NCBI GenBank assembly: GCA_010356995.1 | Contig: ML996689.1 | Coordinates: 1,444,691 to 1,508,690 of the forward strand | Source: Trichodelitschia bisporula | Lineage: Eukaryota | Length of the DNA: 64,000 nucleotides | Reading direction: 5' to 3' | Shown: positions 26,901 through 38,770 of the stretch, one piece after another | Layout: each line of letters starts with the position of its first letter | Position numbering within the stretch: the stretch's first letter is position 1 | Program-made: the position numbers and the translations under genes | The notes under the pieces: model-generated | Database searches by the model: none | What the model was told of the DNA's origin: nothing | The model's input: only the letters and a program-made list of their open reading frames with translations

Positions 26901-27628
26901 GACGTGGCGACGCGCGCGCTCGTCGGCCGCGATGTCCCCGAGCCCGTCGATCTCATGGCCGTGAAGCGTGACTACCTCGCCATCAAGGTGCCGCAGTTCA
27001 GCTGGACGCGCCTCGCGGGCGCAGACCCTTTCCTAGGCGTGGAAATGAGCAGCACGGGGGAGATGGCGTGCTTTGGCAAGGACGTCATCGAGGCGTATTG
27101 GGCGGCTATGCAGTCGACTATGAACTTCCGCCTCCCGCAGCCTGGCGAGGGGTTGCTGTTCGGCGGCGACGTGAATCGGCCTGAGCTTGCGGCGATTGTC
27201 AAGGCTTTGGCGCCGCTGGAGTTCAAGCTTTTTGCGGCGAATAGCACGGTGGGTGGGCATTTGGAGAAGGAGGCGGGGGCGAGTGTGGAAGTTATTGATT
27301 TTCCCAAGACGGATAAGAGGGCGTTGAGGGAGGTGTTTGCGAAGTATGATATTCGGGGGGTGTTTAATTTGGCGAGGGCGCGGGCGAGTAGCCTTGTGGA
27401 TGAGGATTATGTTATGAGGCGGAATGCGGTGGATTTTGGGGTTCCGCTGTTTATGGAGCCGAAGGTATGTTTTCCTCCGTGATGGGCGAGGTTTGGATTG
27501 GGACTAACTGTTGTGATCAGACGGCGCTCCTGTTCGCGCAGTGCATGGCGGCGAAACTCCCGCTCCAAGAGGGCATTCCGCCTGAGGTCCGGCGGTGGAG
27601 CGAGTTCATTGGGGGGAAGCCGTTGTAG
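23967..27628 (+). CDS. CPA2: Arginine-specific carbamoyl-phosphate synthetase large subunit with mitochondrial presequence; introns 24337-24411, 27465-27520
   Basis: [26 protein letters not shown], two ATP-grasp domains (GVHTGDS; VRPSYVLSG), MGS-like C-terminus; Arg/Ala-rich N-terminus; no ATCase or DHOase fusion. Confidence 0.96.
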
Positions 27629-27740
27629 GCTTGCCGCGAGGCTGGCCGCAAGGACAGCTTCTCTTGGAGGGGCAACTTCTCTCGGAGGGATAGCTGAGCT
27701 CGGAGGTTGAGTAAGGGTGGGGACGAGATGGCTGATGAGG

Positions 27741-27785
27741 GATGTGCAACGGAGTGATGTGCAACAGAATGATGTGCAATGGGAG
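27741..27785. repeat. Three imperfect 15-nt tandem repeats (GATGTGCAAY core) downstream of the CPA2 stop
   Basis: gatgtgcaacggagt / gatgtgcaacagaat / gatgtgcaatgggag. Confidence 0.75.
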
Positions 27786-28401
27786 ATGGGAGATGGGGAT
27801 GATTGAATCATACAGTCTGCAGCGTCATAGCGCGCGCGGATGAGGCGTCGTGTTCACCGTAAAAGTTCTGGGGGATGGGGGTTTGTCTGGGTTTATGTAC
27901 ATGCGTATGGGGGTGGGAATGGGGATGCTGCTCATGATATGCTGGTGCTGGTGCAGTGATGTCTTGAGTGATGCCGTGATACGTCCCCCTTGCGCCAACC
28001 GTATGGCATATGGGAAACAACAAACGTCAATTGCTATCCAGCGGAGATATTCCCAGTTTCATGCGCGGGCAGTTGTGGTGGAGCAAAAACGAACCGTATT
28101 TCCCCTTCGAACTAGTGGTACATGCAACGTCTCCTCTTCACTCACTCCCGCCCCACCACAGCAATGCAAAAGAGAGAGCAACGACTGAAAATCGGGTTAT
28201 CTCAAGGAATGGTAAACCGGAATTTGCTATTTCCTCTCCCCATATTTCGCCCTCCCCGCCCGATCCCCCCCATTCCCTTCCCCTACTCATCGCAGAACGC
28301 CAAGAGACACAAATGAAAGAACACGCCAAGCGGTGCGTTCGGCACGGAAAATGGTGGTAGTAATTCAGAGAGGAAGGAAACTGCCATGCTTCGGGGCGCG
28401 T

Positions 28402-29215
28402 TTACCGGTCCTCCGGCGGGCCGGAGAAGAACGTGGTGCGCAGGCGGTGGGTCTGAGACTCGGGGTTAGCTTGTCCTATACATGTGAAGTGGGGGGGGGG
28501 GGGGGGGGCAACTCACAGCCGGCAGCTTAGGAATGATAACCGCCACCGTCGCCAAGAGGTTAATACTGAAGTAACTCAGATCATAATGCGTGTAATGCGT
28601 GCTGACCAGAAAGAGCACAATAGGCACGGTGAGGAGATATTTCTTAGCCGGGGTGTACTGGTCGCCGTTATCGATCTGCTCCCACATGTTCAGGTTGTCG
28701 TAGGCGCCGGCGTTGAAGTCGAAGGGGATGCCGCGCACCCAGTGGAACATGATATAGGAGCCCAGCATGTAGGAGAGGTTGGTGAGGGTCCAGGAGGTTT
28801 CTTGGGACATGCCGGGGACGATGTCGAAGAGGATTTTGAGGGAGAAGATTAGGATGGGGTGAATTAGCCAGGCGCCTGGTGGTGGGATGTTAGTTGGGTG
28901 GACTGGTGAGGGGGGGAGGGGGGATATGGGACGAGCGGTGGACTGGCACTCCGGACGTGGCTGTCGGAGCGAAGCTGGAGCAGGAGAGCACCGACGGCCA
29001 GTCCGGGGGAGTGTAGACTCGCAGACATTCCCGTATCCCGCCTCCGATCGAGGGCAGCACGTACCCTTTGCGTTGACCCATTCGGCGTTGAGGTTCGGCA
29101 GCGCGGCCTGGTCGCTCATGTGCTCGATCGACTCCGGCGGCTCGTGGTATACGATGCTGCTGGAGCGCCGTTTTCGGCTCTGGACGGTGTTTAAGCTCAT
29201 GGCCGAGGTAGGCAT
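28402..29215 (-). CDS. ORM1: ORMDL-family sphingolipid regulator; 2 introns (first 29064-28876)
   Basis: RRSSS phospho-motif, NLNAEWVNAKG|AWLIH, FHWVRGIPFDFNAGAYDNLNMWEQIDNGDQYTPAKK, IPKLP..HRLR. Confidence 0.95.
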
Positions 29216-29816
29216 GGTGAAGAGAGGGTGGGCTAGGAAGGTGAGAAGGTGTTAGCTGACGATGCTGGTAGAGAGGGCGGTTGTAGAAAGCTGGCCCCAA
29301 ACAGAGCCTGCAACACTTACCAGGCGGACTACCAGCACATGTAAGCCGCTGAGGACAGATGGAGGAAAAGAATTTCTAGCGGGGGCGGGAGAGAGTTGGG
29401 GATGTTGGTGGAGTGAGGGAAGTAATTGTTGTTTGGCTTTGACGGAGTTGGCCTGGTCGAATGTAGAGATACCAAACGAGTGCCATGCAGGGAGTGTGGA
29501 GGAGTACCGTAGTTAGTGGAGGGCGAGGGGGTGACGAAGTTGTTGCACGGCCCCCCCCCCGGTGAACGGAAACGTCGGGGGCGGCGCGACAGAGACGAAC
29601 CGACACTCTGTCAAACTCCCTCTCCCTCTCCCATCCACAACAACATCCACACCTTCGTCTCGTGTTGCATCAAACACTTCCGTCCGCTCGACTTCCACTA
29701 CTCGCCAGGCTTTCTTTCGTTTACTCGCCACATCGCGCACATCGCTCGCATCTCTCCACCATCGTCGTAACAACCACAACTAAGCGCGCATATATAAAAA
29801 ACCCCCTTCTGCCGTC

Positions 29817-30814
29817 ATGGCATCACTTCAAGACATCATTTCCAGCAACCCTCCACCCCCACCCGCTACAACCTCGTCATCAGAACTACAAACATACCTC
29901 GCCCTCAAGGGCAAAGAGAACAAGATGCGTGTCCGCTCATGGCGCAAGAAGTTCCACAAGAAAAAGATCCAGTTCGACAAGGTCATGGAAGAGAGCAATC
30001 AGCTCTTTCGCGAGACCAAAAAGGACGAGATCCGCGCCCGCCGTCTGCAAGAAGAGAATGAGCACGTCGCCCCGAATGTCCTTCTCATTGTCCATCAACT
30101 AACACCCCTCCCAGCGCACTCCTCGACATCCTCCTCGACCTCCAGCGCTACCCCTCCCTCCCCAAGCGCGTCGACCTCGGCGATCCGACAGCCGACCTCG
30201 TCCCCAGCGTCTCCTCCCTCCCCGCCCTCGAACCCGACGCCCCACGCAAACTCGCCTCCCTCCTCTCCATCCCGCACACGCGCTCCCTCTCCCCCTTCCC
30301 CTCGGATCTCGACGAAGAAGCCGCCATCAGCTTCTTCGACACCACCTACGAAGAAGAAGCCCTCGCCACAATCGACTCCCAACTCGCCGACAGCGACACC
30401 GACCCGAAGTCCCTGCGGCCACCCCCCGGCCGCACCCTCCCCTCCGACAAAGAGCTCCAAAACGCAAACCCCATGTCCGTGCTCAGCTGGCTCCGCCGCT
30501 ACCACCCGGAGACCTTCATCCAGGAGAAGGAGCTCGCGGCTGATAAGCCGCCGCGCCAGCGCAGTGCCAAGCGGGGCGCTGTGGCCGCGACCCCCGGCGC
30601 GAAGGACGAGGACGAGGAGCTGGCGTATGTGATGGAGGCGCCGGAGAAGGCGGCGCAAGCGGTAGTGGGGAGGGGGGGCCGCCGCGCGCGGGATGATGAG
30701 GCGTATAGGCCTAAGGGGGGGAGTTCGCGGGTGGCGAAGAGGAAGAGGGAGGGGGAGGAGAGGCCTACTCCTAGGGGCAAGCGTGCGAAGGTTATGAATG
30801 AGACGATGAGCTGA
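29817..30814 (+). CDS. IEC3: INO80 complex subunit Iec3-like; GC-AG intron 30062-30114
   Basis: RSWRKKFHKKKIQFDKVMEESNQLF...RRLQEEND|ALLDILLDL, NPMSVLSWLRRYHPETF, DDEAYRPKGGSSR..KRKR. Confidence 0.8.
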
Positions 30815-30984
30815 TTGTGTTGTAGGGGACTGGTGAGGGGGTGTTTGAGTATATGTGGGCTGGGCGGGCGTTTGGGTTGAGGGGGGATGGGGCGTGGGCT
30901 GATATCCCTCGATGGCGGACCGAGGCGCGGGTGTTTGATATATGCGTAATACTATGTACACTAGATTCACCGAGCTCATCATCT

Positions 30985-32697
30985 TTACAGCGCTGCCCGC
31001 TCCCCAAGACTCGCATCTTGCACCGCATCCCACACCTCAAGCCCATGCTCCCAAAGCTCATCCCGCCAAATATCCACGCTCCCATCCGCCTTCAATCTCC
31101 TCACATCCATATAGTCCCTCGTCCCCCAATCCACTTCCTCCCCCGCCAGAAACTGACCATACAAATCCAGTAACCCCTCCCTCACTATCCTTCCCTCTCC
31201 CTCGGTGAGCTTCCCGCCATCCCCGTAAAACCATATCGCCATATCACTCCCATGACTCGCGCCCCACCCTACGGGCTGCCGCACGCATCCCGCGCGCCAC
31301 TCCACTCTGTACCGACTGACCAGTCCCCCGGCCCCACCTTTGACGAGTCCGGCGATGAAACCGCGAATACTACAGTGCACTTGGACGTCCGCGTAGACGC
31401 GCCCGAACGCTTCTCTCCACCCTTTCCCATCCTTCACCTTGCCAGAGGGGAAATACAGCCCGACCAAAGCGCGCACCACCCGCCGGCTGTAATCGGCGTG
31501 AAGTCGTGTTTCTACGGCGCGGAGGGACGGGGTGGGCGCGTGCCACCGCGCGTACGCGAAGTGCTCGTCGCTGCATTCACCTATCAAGATACGCACGTTG
31601 GCCTCGCGGAGGCGGGTCGCGAAGGACCCGTCCCGGATATCAGAGAAGAGGGCGGGCGAGATGAACCCGCCTGGCGAGGCGCGGAATTGAGGCGGGTAAG
31701 GGCGGGTGTTTGCGGCGGCGAGGAGGGTGCTGGCGGGGAGGGAGCGGAGCGCCGCGAGTTGTTCCGCGACGGGGAGGGAGGCGGGGATGGAGAGGGCTTG
31801 GAGCAGGGCGAGATATTGAGCTTGGGATTCAGAGGGGGGGCGCGGGGCGGGACCGGGACCGTTGGAGTGCATGACCAGGCGGCGGATTATGCGTTTGGAC
31901 TCAGGGAGACTGATGTCGTATGCTAGTTGGTAGAAGGCGCAGTGCGCGCCGGCGGAATACCCGCCCACTGTGATATTTGCGGGGTTGCCGGAGAAGTAGC
32001 TTATGTTCGTGTAAGTCCATTCGAGCGCGAGGCGCAGGTCGTAGAAACCATAGTTGCCGGGATGGGGTTGGGTGGGGGTTGGGGGGGGAACGAGGAAGCC
32101 GAAGAGGTTGAGCCTGTAGGCGGGTTTTATGAGGATGGCGGCGAAGGAGGTGGAGGTGTATAGGGGGGGGGGGGGGGGGGGAGTTGGCGGTGCCGAGTTG
32201 GAGGAAGCCGCCGTCTGCGTGCGGGGGTTAGGGTTGGAGTTTGGGGATGGGATGGGATGGGATGGGGAGGGGAGGGGGGGTGGGGCGTACGGATGAAGAA
32301 GTACACCGGCCAGCCTTCAGCCTTGCGTATTAGCCCATCCCAGCCCAGCTTGGTCGTGCGGGTACGTACCTTCCGCCGGTGCCTCGCCCGCGGGAATCCA
32401 GATGTTGACCTGCAGGCAGTCTTCATCCCATTTATCCGGAGCCACGCCCGGCTGGGGACACACGCCGCAGCCGGAGGTAAACACGCCCGGGGAAGCGTGG
32501 GTGCCGTAGCGGTAGCAGGGGGGGAGGGGGCGCGGGGGGGAGAAGCGGTGTTCGCCGACGGGGGGGAGCGCGTAGGGGAGGCCGCTGATGGAGTGGCAGA
32601 TAGGTTGCTGCGTGGTGGGGGAGAGGTGGGTTTGGCCGGTTATGAAGCCGCGGAAGGAGAGGTCTAGGTGGTAGGGGGATGTGGAGGTGGTGGACAT
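30985..32697 (-). CDS. Type-B carboxylesterase (alpha/beta hydrolase); 2 introns; apparent +1 frameshift in the G19 run at 32163-32181
   Basis: GLPYALPPVGEHRF, EDCLQVNIW, FIHGGFLQ, YRLNLFGFL, nucleophile GYSAG, HGSD. Confidence 0.85.
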
Positions 32698-32972
32698 GAT
32701 CGGGGGATATGGGGAGGGAGGAGGTGATTGGGGGATGAGAGGGGAGGGGGGGTGGGGTGGGCGCAATTGGCTGTTTGGTAACAGCTCAGTACCCTTTATA
32801 TCAGGAATCTCTGGCATAGAGTAGAAGGTTGAAAAAGACAGGAGTTGAAGGGAAGCCAAGCAACTTAGATGTCGTCGTCTCGACGCGGCCAGCCGAGGCC
32901 GAGAAATGATAGCCGTCAGGCGACAAGGCTGAATCAGGCGCTATTGCACGTGCGGGCAGACGCCAATTAGCG

Positions 32973-32993
32973 ACGCGGTGCGCGAAGACGCGT
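32973..32993. promoter_or_regulatory. Cluster of MCB/SCB-like cell-cycle elements upstream of PCNA
   Basis: ACGCGG (32973), CGCGAA (32981) and perfect ACGCGT (32988) within 21 bp, about 160 nt upstream of a DNA-replication gene. Confidence 0.7.
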
Positions 32994-33148
32994 CGGGCGC
33001 TTCATCTTTCTCTCTTCCCCCAGGCTTCCCCACCGCTTCCTTCACAAACACCGCCTTCACCCTAGCAACCCCTTGTACGGATTGCTCGAGGAACTTCCCC
33101 AACTTCTCCGTACACTTAGCAAAGACACAGCACCATACATCAGGAATC

Positions 33149-34082
33149 AGTAAGAAAGCCCCCCCTCTCGTACCTCGCAATCTAACCCCGCCACAGTGTT
33201 GGAAGCACGCCTTGAGGCAGCTGATCTGTTCAAGAAGGTCGTAGAGGCGATCAAAGATCTCGTGCAGCACTGCAACTTCGACTGCAACGACTCTGGCATC
33301 GCACTGCAGGCCATGGACAACTCGCACGTCGCCCTGGTGTCCATGATGCTGACCGCCGACACCTTCACGCCGTTCCGTTGCGACCGCAACATCCCGCTCG
33401 GCATCGACCTGACCTCGCTCACCAAGGTGCTTCGCGCGGCGCAGAGCTCCGACATCCTGACGATCAAGTCGGAAGATGCGCCGGATGTTGTCAACCTGGT
33501 GTTCGAGGGGAAGGACCAGGATCGCATCTCCGAGTACGATCTCAAGCTCATGGATATTGACCAGGAGCATCTGGGTATTCCGGATACGGAGTATGCGGCT
33601 ACGGCGAGCATGCCGGCTGCGGACTTTAAGCGGATATGCAGCGACTTGCTCCTGATCTCTGAGGCTGGTGGGTGGCTCTGCGTAGCAGCGAGTGGTGTAT
33701 CAAGAAGCTTATTTCTCGTATAGTGTCGATCGAGTGCACCAAGGAGGGCATCACGTTCAAGGCTGAGGGCGACATTGGCAACGGTTCGGTGACTCTGCGC
33801 CAGCACTCCGATCTCGAGAACAGCGACAAGAACGTCGACATCTCGCTGACGGAGCCGGTTGCCCTGAGCTTCTCCCTCAAGTACCTGACCGGCTTCTGCA
33901 AGGCGACGGGCCTGTCCAACCAAGTGCGCCTGTGTCTGTCGAACGACGTGCCGCTCATGGTCGAGTACGCGCTTGCGAACAACAGCTACCTGCGCTTCTA
34001 TCTCGCGCCCAAGGTACTTTACCTTAACCTCTATGCTCTCTCGTACCTGACTAACGCTTTACAGATCGGCGATGACGACTAG
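33149..34082 (+). CDS. POL30: Proliferating cell nuclear antigen; 3 introns, start codon split A|TG by intron 33150-33196
   Basis: [64 protein letters not shown]. Confidence 0.97.
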
Positions 34083-34457
34083 ATGCTTGATAACGATGCT
34101 TCTGTGGGCGGGGTAACATTGAGCAGGCGAATCTAAGGAGAAATTGGAGCGAGTATCGGGTTATGAGTGACGTCAATTTCTATGTTAATGCACATGGTCT
34201 GAATTGGCGGCTTTTGTTCTCTATCTTCTGCCCCTCATTTGCTTATTACGGTGTGTGAATGTCGTCGCGGGGTGTTGCATTTTTCGCCCCTATCAAGCAC
34301 AATTGCCGCCCCTCCTAGCGTGGCCTGGGTCACTCTCACGTCACCGTGCGCCCCGCTGCCCCAGGGACCGCGATAACAAAACATTTCAACACCGCGCATT
34401 TGTCCCTCCCTTCCCCACCTCTGGTTATTCCCAATCGCCTCAAAATCTATACACACG

Positions 34458-35968
34458 ATGTCGCGAGACCCCACCGTCCCAGAAACCCGCGTCCTCGCCA
34501 TCGCAAGCCATGTAAACGCCCCCCCCGCGCAAGCCCTTCACCCCACTAACCCCGCCAGGTCGTCTTCGGGTGAGCACCGCGGCATCACACCTCATCAAAG
34601 AACCGCCTAACCCCCTCTCAGCTATGTGGGCAACAAAATGGCCTCCTTCGTGCTCCAATCCCTCGGGTGCGAAGTCTCAGCCATCAACACCGTGAACTAC
34701 AGTCCGCCCTCCCCCCCCCCCCCCCCGCCCACCATCCCATCCCTCCCCAACTCACCCCCCCCCCCCAGGCAACCACACCGCCTACCGCCAATTCCGCGGC
34801 ACCCAGGTGCCCGCCTCAGAGATCCTAGACCTCTACGAAGGACTCCGCCAATCCTTCCTCAACGACTTCGACGTCCTGCTCAGCGGGTACATTCCGAGCA
34901 AGGAGGCGGTGGACGCGGTGGGCAAGATAGGGCGCGACCTCAAGTTCGCCTCGACTACGAAACCGGGGGCGTTTTTCTGGGGTGCGCGTTCCCTTCCCCC
35001 AGGCCCATAAGCTAACCCGCTTGCTAACGTATTCCCTAGCGCTGGACCCAGTAATGGGCGACGAAGGTCGCCTCTACATCAGCCCCGACGTCGTACCCGC
35101 CTATAAATCGCTCCTCCCCCACGCGGACCTCGCCCTCCCGAATCAATTCGAGGCTGAACTCCTCTCCGACGTTAAAATCACCGACCGCGCCAGCCTTCTC
35201 AAAGCTCTACAAGCCCTCCATAAAACCTACAACCTCCCCCACGTCATAATAACCAGCCTGCGCTTCCCGTCCGGGTCGGATCTGGGTTGTAAAGATGGTG
35301 TGGAGGATATGATTACAGTTGTCGGGAGCACGGCGACGGCGGGCCATGAGCCCCGCGCGTTCCGCGTGGATACACATGCGTTTCCGGCATTCTTCTCCGG
35401 GACGGGGGATATGTTCGCTGCGCTTACGGTCGCAAGACTACGCGAGGCCGTCCGCGATGCTGGACTCGCGAGCACGCTGTCCTGGCGCAGTGCCGATGAT
35501 GTGAAGGCAACGGACTTGCCTCTGGCGCGCGCGGTCGAGAAAGTGGTCGCGAGCATGCAGGCTGTGCTTGGGAAGACGTGGAAGGCGCGCGAAGAAGTGA
35601 GGGTGGAGGTTGAGGGGCAGATGGACCGCGCGGGGCTGGTGAGGGGGAGTGAGGGGAGAGAGGAGGAGGAGAAGATAAGGCATTTGAGGTTGACGAGGGC
35701 GGCGGAGGTGAGACTGGTAAGGAATGTGGGGGATTTGGTAAGCCCGCCTGAGGGGGAGAGGTTTAGGGCGCGAGCGGTGGAGGGGGATGAGACTGAGGCG
35801 GAGCAGGGGAAGGGGGAGGAGGGAGAGACGGAGGAGAAGCCGGCGGGAGAAAAGACGGTGGAGGGAGAGGGGATTGAGACGGAGGCGGTGGTTGTGGTTG
35901 AGCCGGAGGAAGTCTCACACACGACGAGCAAAGACACAACAGAAGCAGAAAGGAAACCCGCGCCCTAG
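34458..35968 (+). CDS. BUD16: Pyridoxal kinase (Bud16/PdxK); 4 introns, 11-nt microexon 34559-34569
   Basis: RVLAIASH|VVFG|YVGNK, NTVNYSNHTAY, LLSGY, LDPVMGDEG, PNQFEAE, FSGTGDMF. Confidence 0.93.
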
Positions 35969-36022
35969 CCAGGGCATACAAGCATTAGATACCAAACCTC
36001 CACCAATCCACCTCCTCTAGTT

Positions 36023-37282
36023 CTAGTACTCCCCCCTCAACCCCCCCACCCCCCCATTTACCTCCCTCATCCTCCTCACGGCCTCTTTACCCACCCGCAC
36101 ACTCTCCCTGCCCCCCGCAATCTGCTCTTTGACGAAACCCTCCATCTTAACACTACTCTCATCCGCCGCCCGCGCCCACGCCCCAATCCCCACTTCCCCC
36201 GGGGAGAGGAGGTAACTCTCCCCCGCCAGCCGCTGCACCGTGCCCGCTAGCTCCTCGCGCCCGACGCCGAGTTGCCGCCGTAGATAGCTGGTGGACTCGG
36301 CCAGCGCTCCCGCTGCGCGGTGCGCGTGCAGGAGGGGGGGGAGGAAGGGGAGGAGGTCGGCTGGCCCCGGGGCCCGCGCGGCCGCAGGTGCAGGCGCGGC
36401 CGTTGGTGGGGGTGGAGAGACGGGACGAGTGCTGCGCACGCGAACCTCGGCGAGCGTATTCAGCAGCGCTTGCCGCGCAGCGATATACGACGCGTACAAC
36501 TCAGCCACGCGCTTGCTCACAGCCTCATTATCGGGTACTGGCTCAGCCGTCTCATCTGCAGGCAGGATACTAACATCCCCATCCTCCTCCCCCTCCTCCG
36601 GTATCCGCGCCAATTCACTTTCGACCCACGCAATCAGCGCATCGCGCGCGTCGCGCAGGGCCAGGACCTGCGCCTTCGTACTGGGAGTAGCGGCATTAAG
36701 CGTTGTTGCCGCGGAGAGCGTGGATTGCGCATCTGCCAGGCTGGTGCGCGTGGTGAGGAGCGAGCGTTTGAGCGTGTGCGTTAGGTCGGCGGCGTGGGCG
36801 GAGGTAGGCTGGGTTTCGGTTATGATGGGGGGGTGCGGGGCGGGGACGGTGGGCGCGGGGTCGGGGGGGGGTGTGTCGAGTAATGTGGTCAGCGCCGTAG
36901 TTATGCCGGCTAGTTTGGCGTGCGCGCGCCGGCGGTGCAGGAGGGATATGTAAGGCCTCAGATCGGCTGCGGGGGCGGGGGAGGGGGTGGATGTGAGGTC
37001 TGCGAGGGAGGAGCGCAGGGCGGAGAGGTGCGATTGTGCGGCGTGTTGGGCGCGGAGGGCGGTGATGTACTCGGTGTATAGGCCGGGGGTGGGAATATTT
37101 GGCGAGGGGGCGTCGAGGGAGGGAGGGGGGACGGTAAGGGAGAGGTGGGAGATGGGTTGGGGAGAGAGTTGGGCGGCGAGGTGTGCGGTTAGGGTGCGCC
37201 GGATGTGGGCGGTGAGGGGGCGGGGGTTGATGTAGGGTTGGAGGGCGGAGGCGACGGCGGGGAGGGGGAAATCGGAGGACAT
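36023..37282 (-). CDS. Hypothetical protein, helical/coiled-coil-like, about 419 aa, intronless
   Basis: Long ORF with ATG in a CACAATG context and amphipathic segments (LQPYINPR..IRRTL; LRDARDALIAWVESELA; LYASYIAARQAL). Confidence 0.75.
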   Translation of the reverse strand: MSSDFPLPAVASALQPYINPRPLTAHIRRTLTAHLAAQLSPQPISHLSLTVPPPSLDAPSPNIPTPGLYTEYITALRAQHAAQSHLSALRSSLADLTSTPSPAPAADLRPYISLLHRRRAHAKLAGITTALTTLLDTPPPDPAPTVPAPHPPIITETQPTSAHAADLTHTLKRSLLTTRTSLADAQSTLSAATTLNAATPSTKAQVLALRDARDALIAWVESELARIPEEGEEDGDVSILPADETAEPVPDNEAVSKRVAELYASYIAARQALLNTLAEVRVRSTRPVSPPPPTAAPAPAAARAPGPADLLPFLPPLLHAHRAAGALAESTSYLRRQLGVGREELAGTVQRLAGESYLLSPGEVGIGAWARAADESSVKMEGFVKEQIAGGRESVRVGKEAVRRMREVNGGVGGLRGEY

Positions 37283-37536
37283 TGTGGTGGGAAGATTGGG
37301 GAGAAGATGGGTGGAGGTGGTGTTGAGGGGAGGATTTGGGGTTGGTGATGCGGAGGTTTGTGGTGGAGCTTTTTGGCGCAGGCGCGCGGTCAGGTGCCGA
37401 CGCGCGGATGCGGGTGCGGGGAACGCGGCGCGGGTGCGGATCGGCGGGTGCGACGACATCATTATCACTCCACATCATCACTCCCAGAACACCGCGATGA
37501 CCCGGCCCGTCCTCATTTCTTATCAATGCCCTCCCT

Positions 37537-38770
37537 ATGCTCACGAGAAACGCACTCGCCCTCCGTAGACACCTCACCACACGATCCATAATGACAGCCT
37601 GCAACCCCACCCTCGCAAAGTTCATAGCAGCCATGCAACACGTCTATCACTTCCCTACCACCGCGACCTCCGAGCCATGGACACCGCCGCCCGCAAGTGC
37701 AGGGCACAAGGGACGGTATCTATGGACCGGTATCTCATCCTTCCAAAATATCCAACCTACTAACCTTAACGCCCCGCAGACGCCTTCGGCGTCCTCAACT
37801 TCCTCACCCTACACCAAGAAACCAGCAACCCAATCTTCCTCTCCCATGCCCTCGCCCTTATCCCCTCTGTCCACAACGTCCTCGGCCGCACCCGCGACGG
37901 TTCCTCCCCCCTCCCACATGCCACAGACCAAGCCCCCCTCGCCGGCGGCCTCCGCATCGGCAAAGAATCCGCGACCGGCCCTGACGCAGACGGGCAATAC
38001 CACCACTACCTGACGCTGTGGATGTTCGCTTTGAACCGTGCCGCGCTCGCCGCGCAGGACCCAGGCTATAACACAATGGCCATCCAACTCGCGCGCGCCA
38101 TACACCCGTATTTCGTAAAGGAGAGGGAGAGTGCCAGGCCGCGCATGGTGTGGAAGACGGGGGTGGATTTGAATGAAGTGATGGTTGGGAGCGAAGGAAA
38201 TTTGGACCCGTTTGATGGATATGCCGTGTGTCGGCTCCTGACGGGGGAGGTTGCGGACGGTGTGGGGGGCGAGGGGGCGCTGGACGCGGAAATCGGGGAC
38301 TACAGCCGCATTGTGCGGGCCAAGTTCCCTAAATTCTCGAGCGGGGACTCCCTCGATCAGGGCATGGCGCTGTGGACTGCACACTGGTACGCGGACGAAG
38401 ACTGGGCGGCCGCGATAATCCACGCCGTGACAGAGGAGTTGAAAGTCAGCACAGTCCGCGGCCCCATGTCCCACCGCCTCGCCTTCCGCGAATTTGGCGA
38501 GTGTCTCGGGATTAAGTGCGCTTTGATGGGGGCTAAGAAATGGGACGAGCGCGCGGAGGATATACTTGAGGAGTGGGAGGTTGCGGGCGCGGTTCCTTCG
38601 CCGAAGAACGGGGCGGCGGGGATGAATACGGAGGAGAGTTTGCAACCGATTACTTGTGTTATGTATGCTGCGGCGTTGATTCCGGGAGGTGAGTATGCCT
38701 GATTTGAGGGTGTGGTGGATGCTGATTGCTGCTAGTCTTCCATAAGGGATACTTGATCCGGTTCCCGTAG
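37537..38770 (+). CDS. Conserved-looking hypothetical protein (GRYLWTDAFG / GGLRIGK / DGQYHHYLTLWMFAL motifs); introns 37730-37779, 38689-38735
   Basis: Clean spliced ORF with GT-AG introns and branch sites; enzyme-like aromatic and acidic motifs; Arg-rich N-terminus. Confidence 0.8.
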
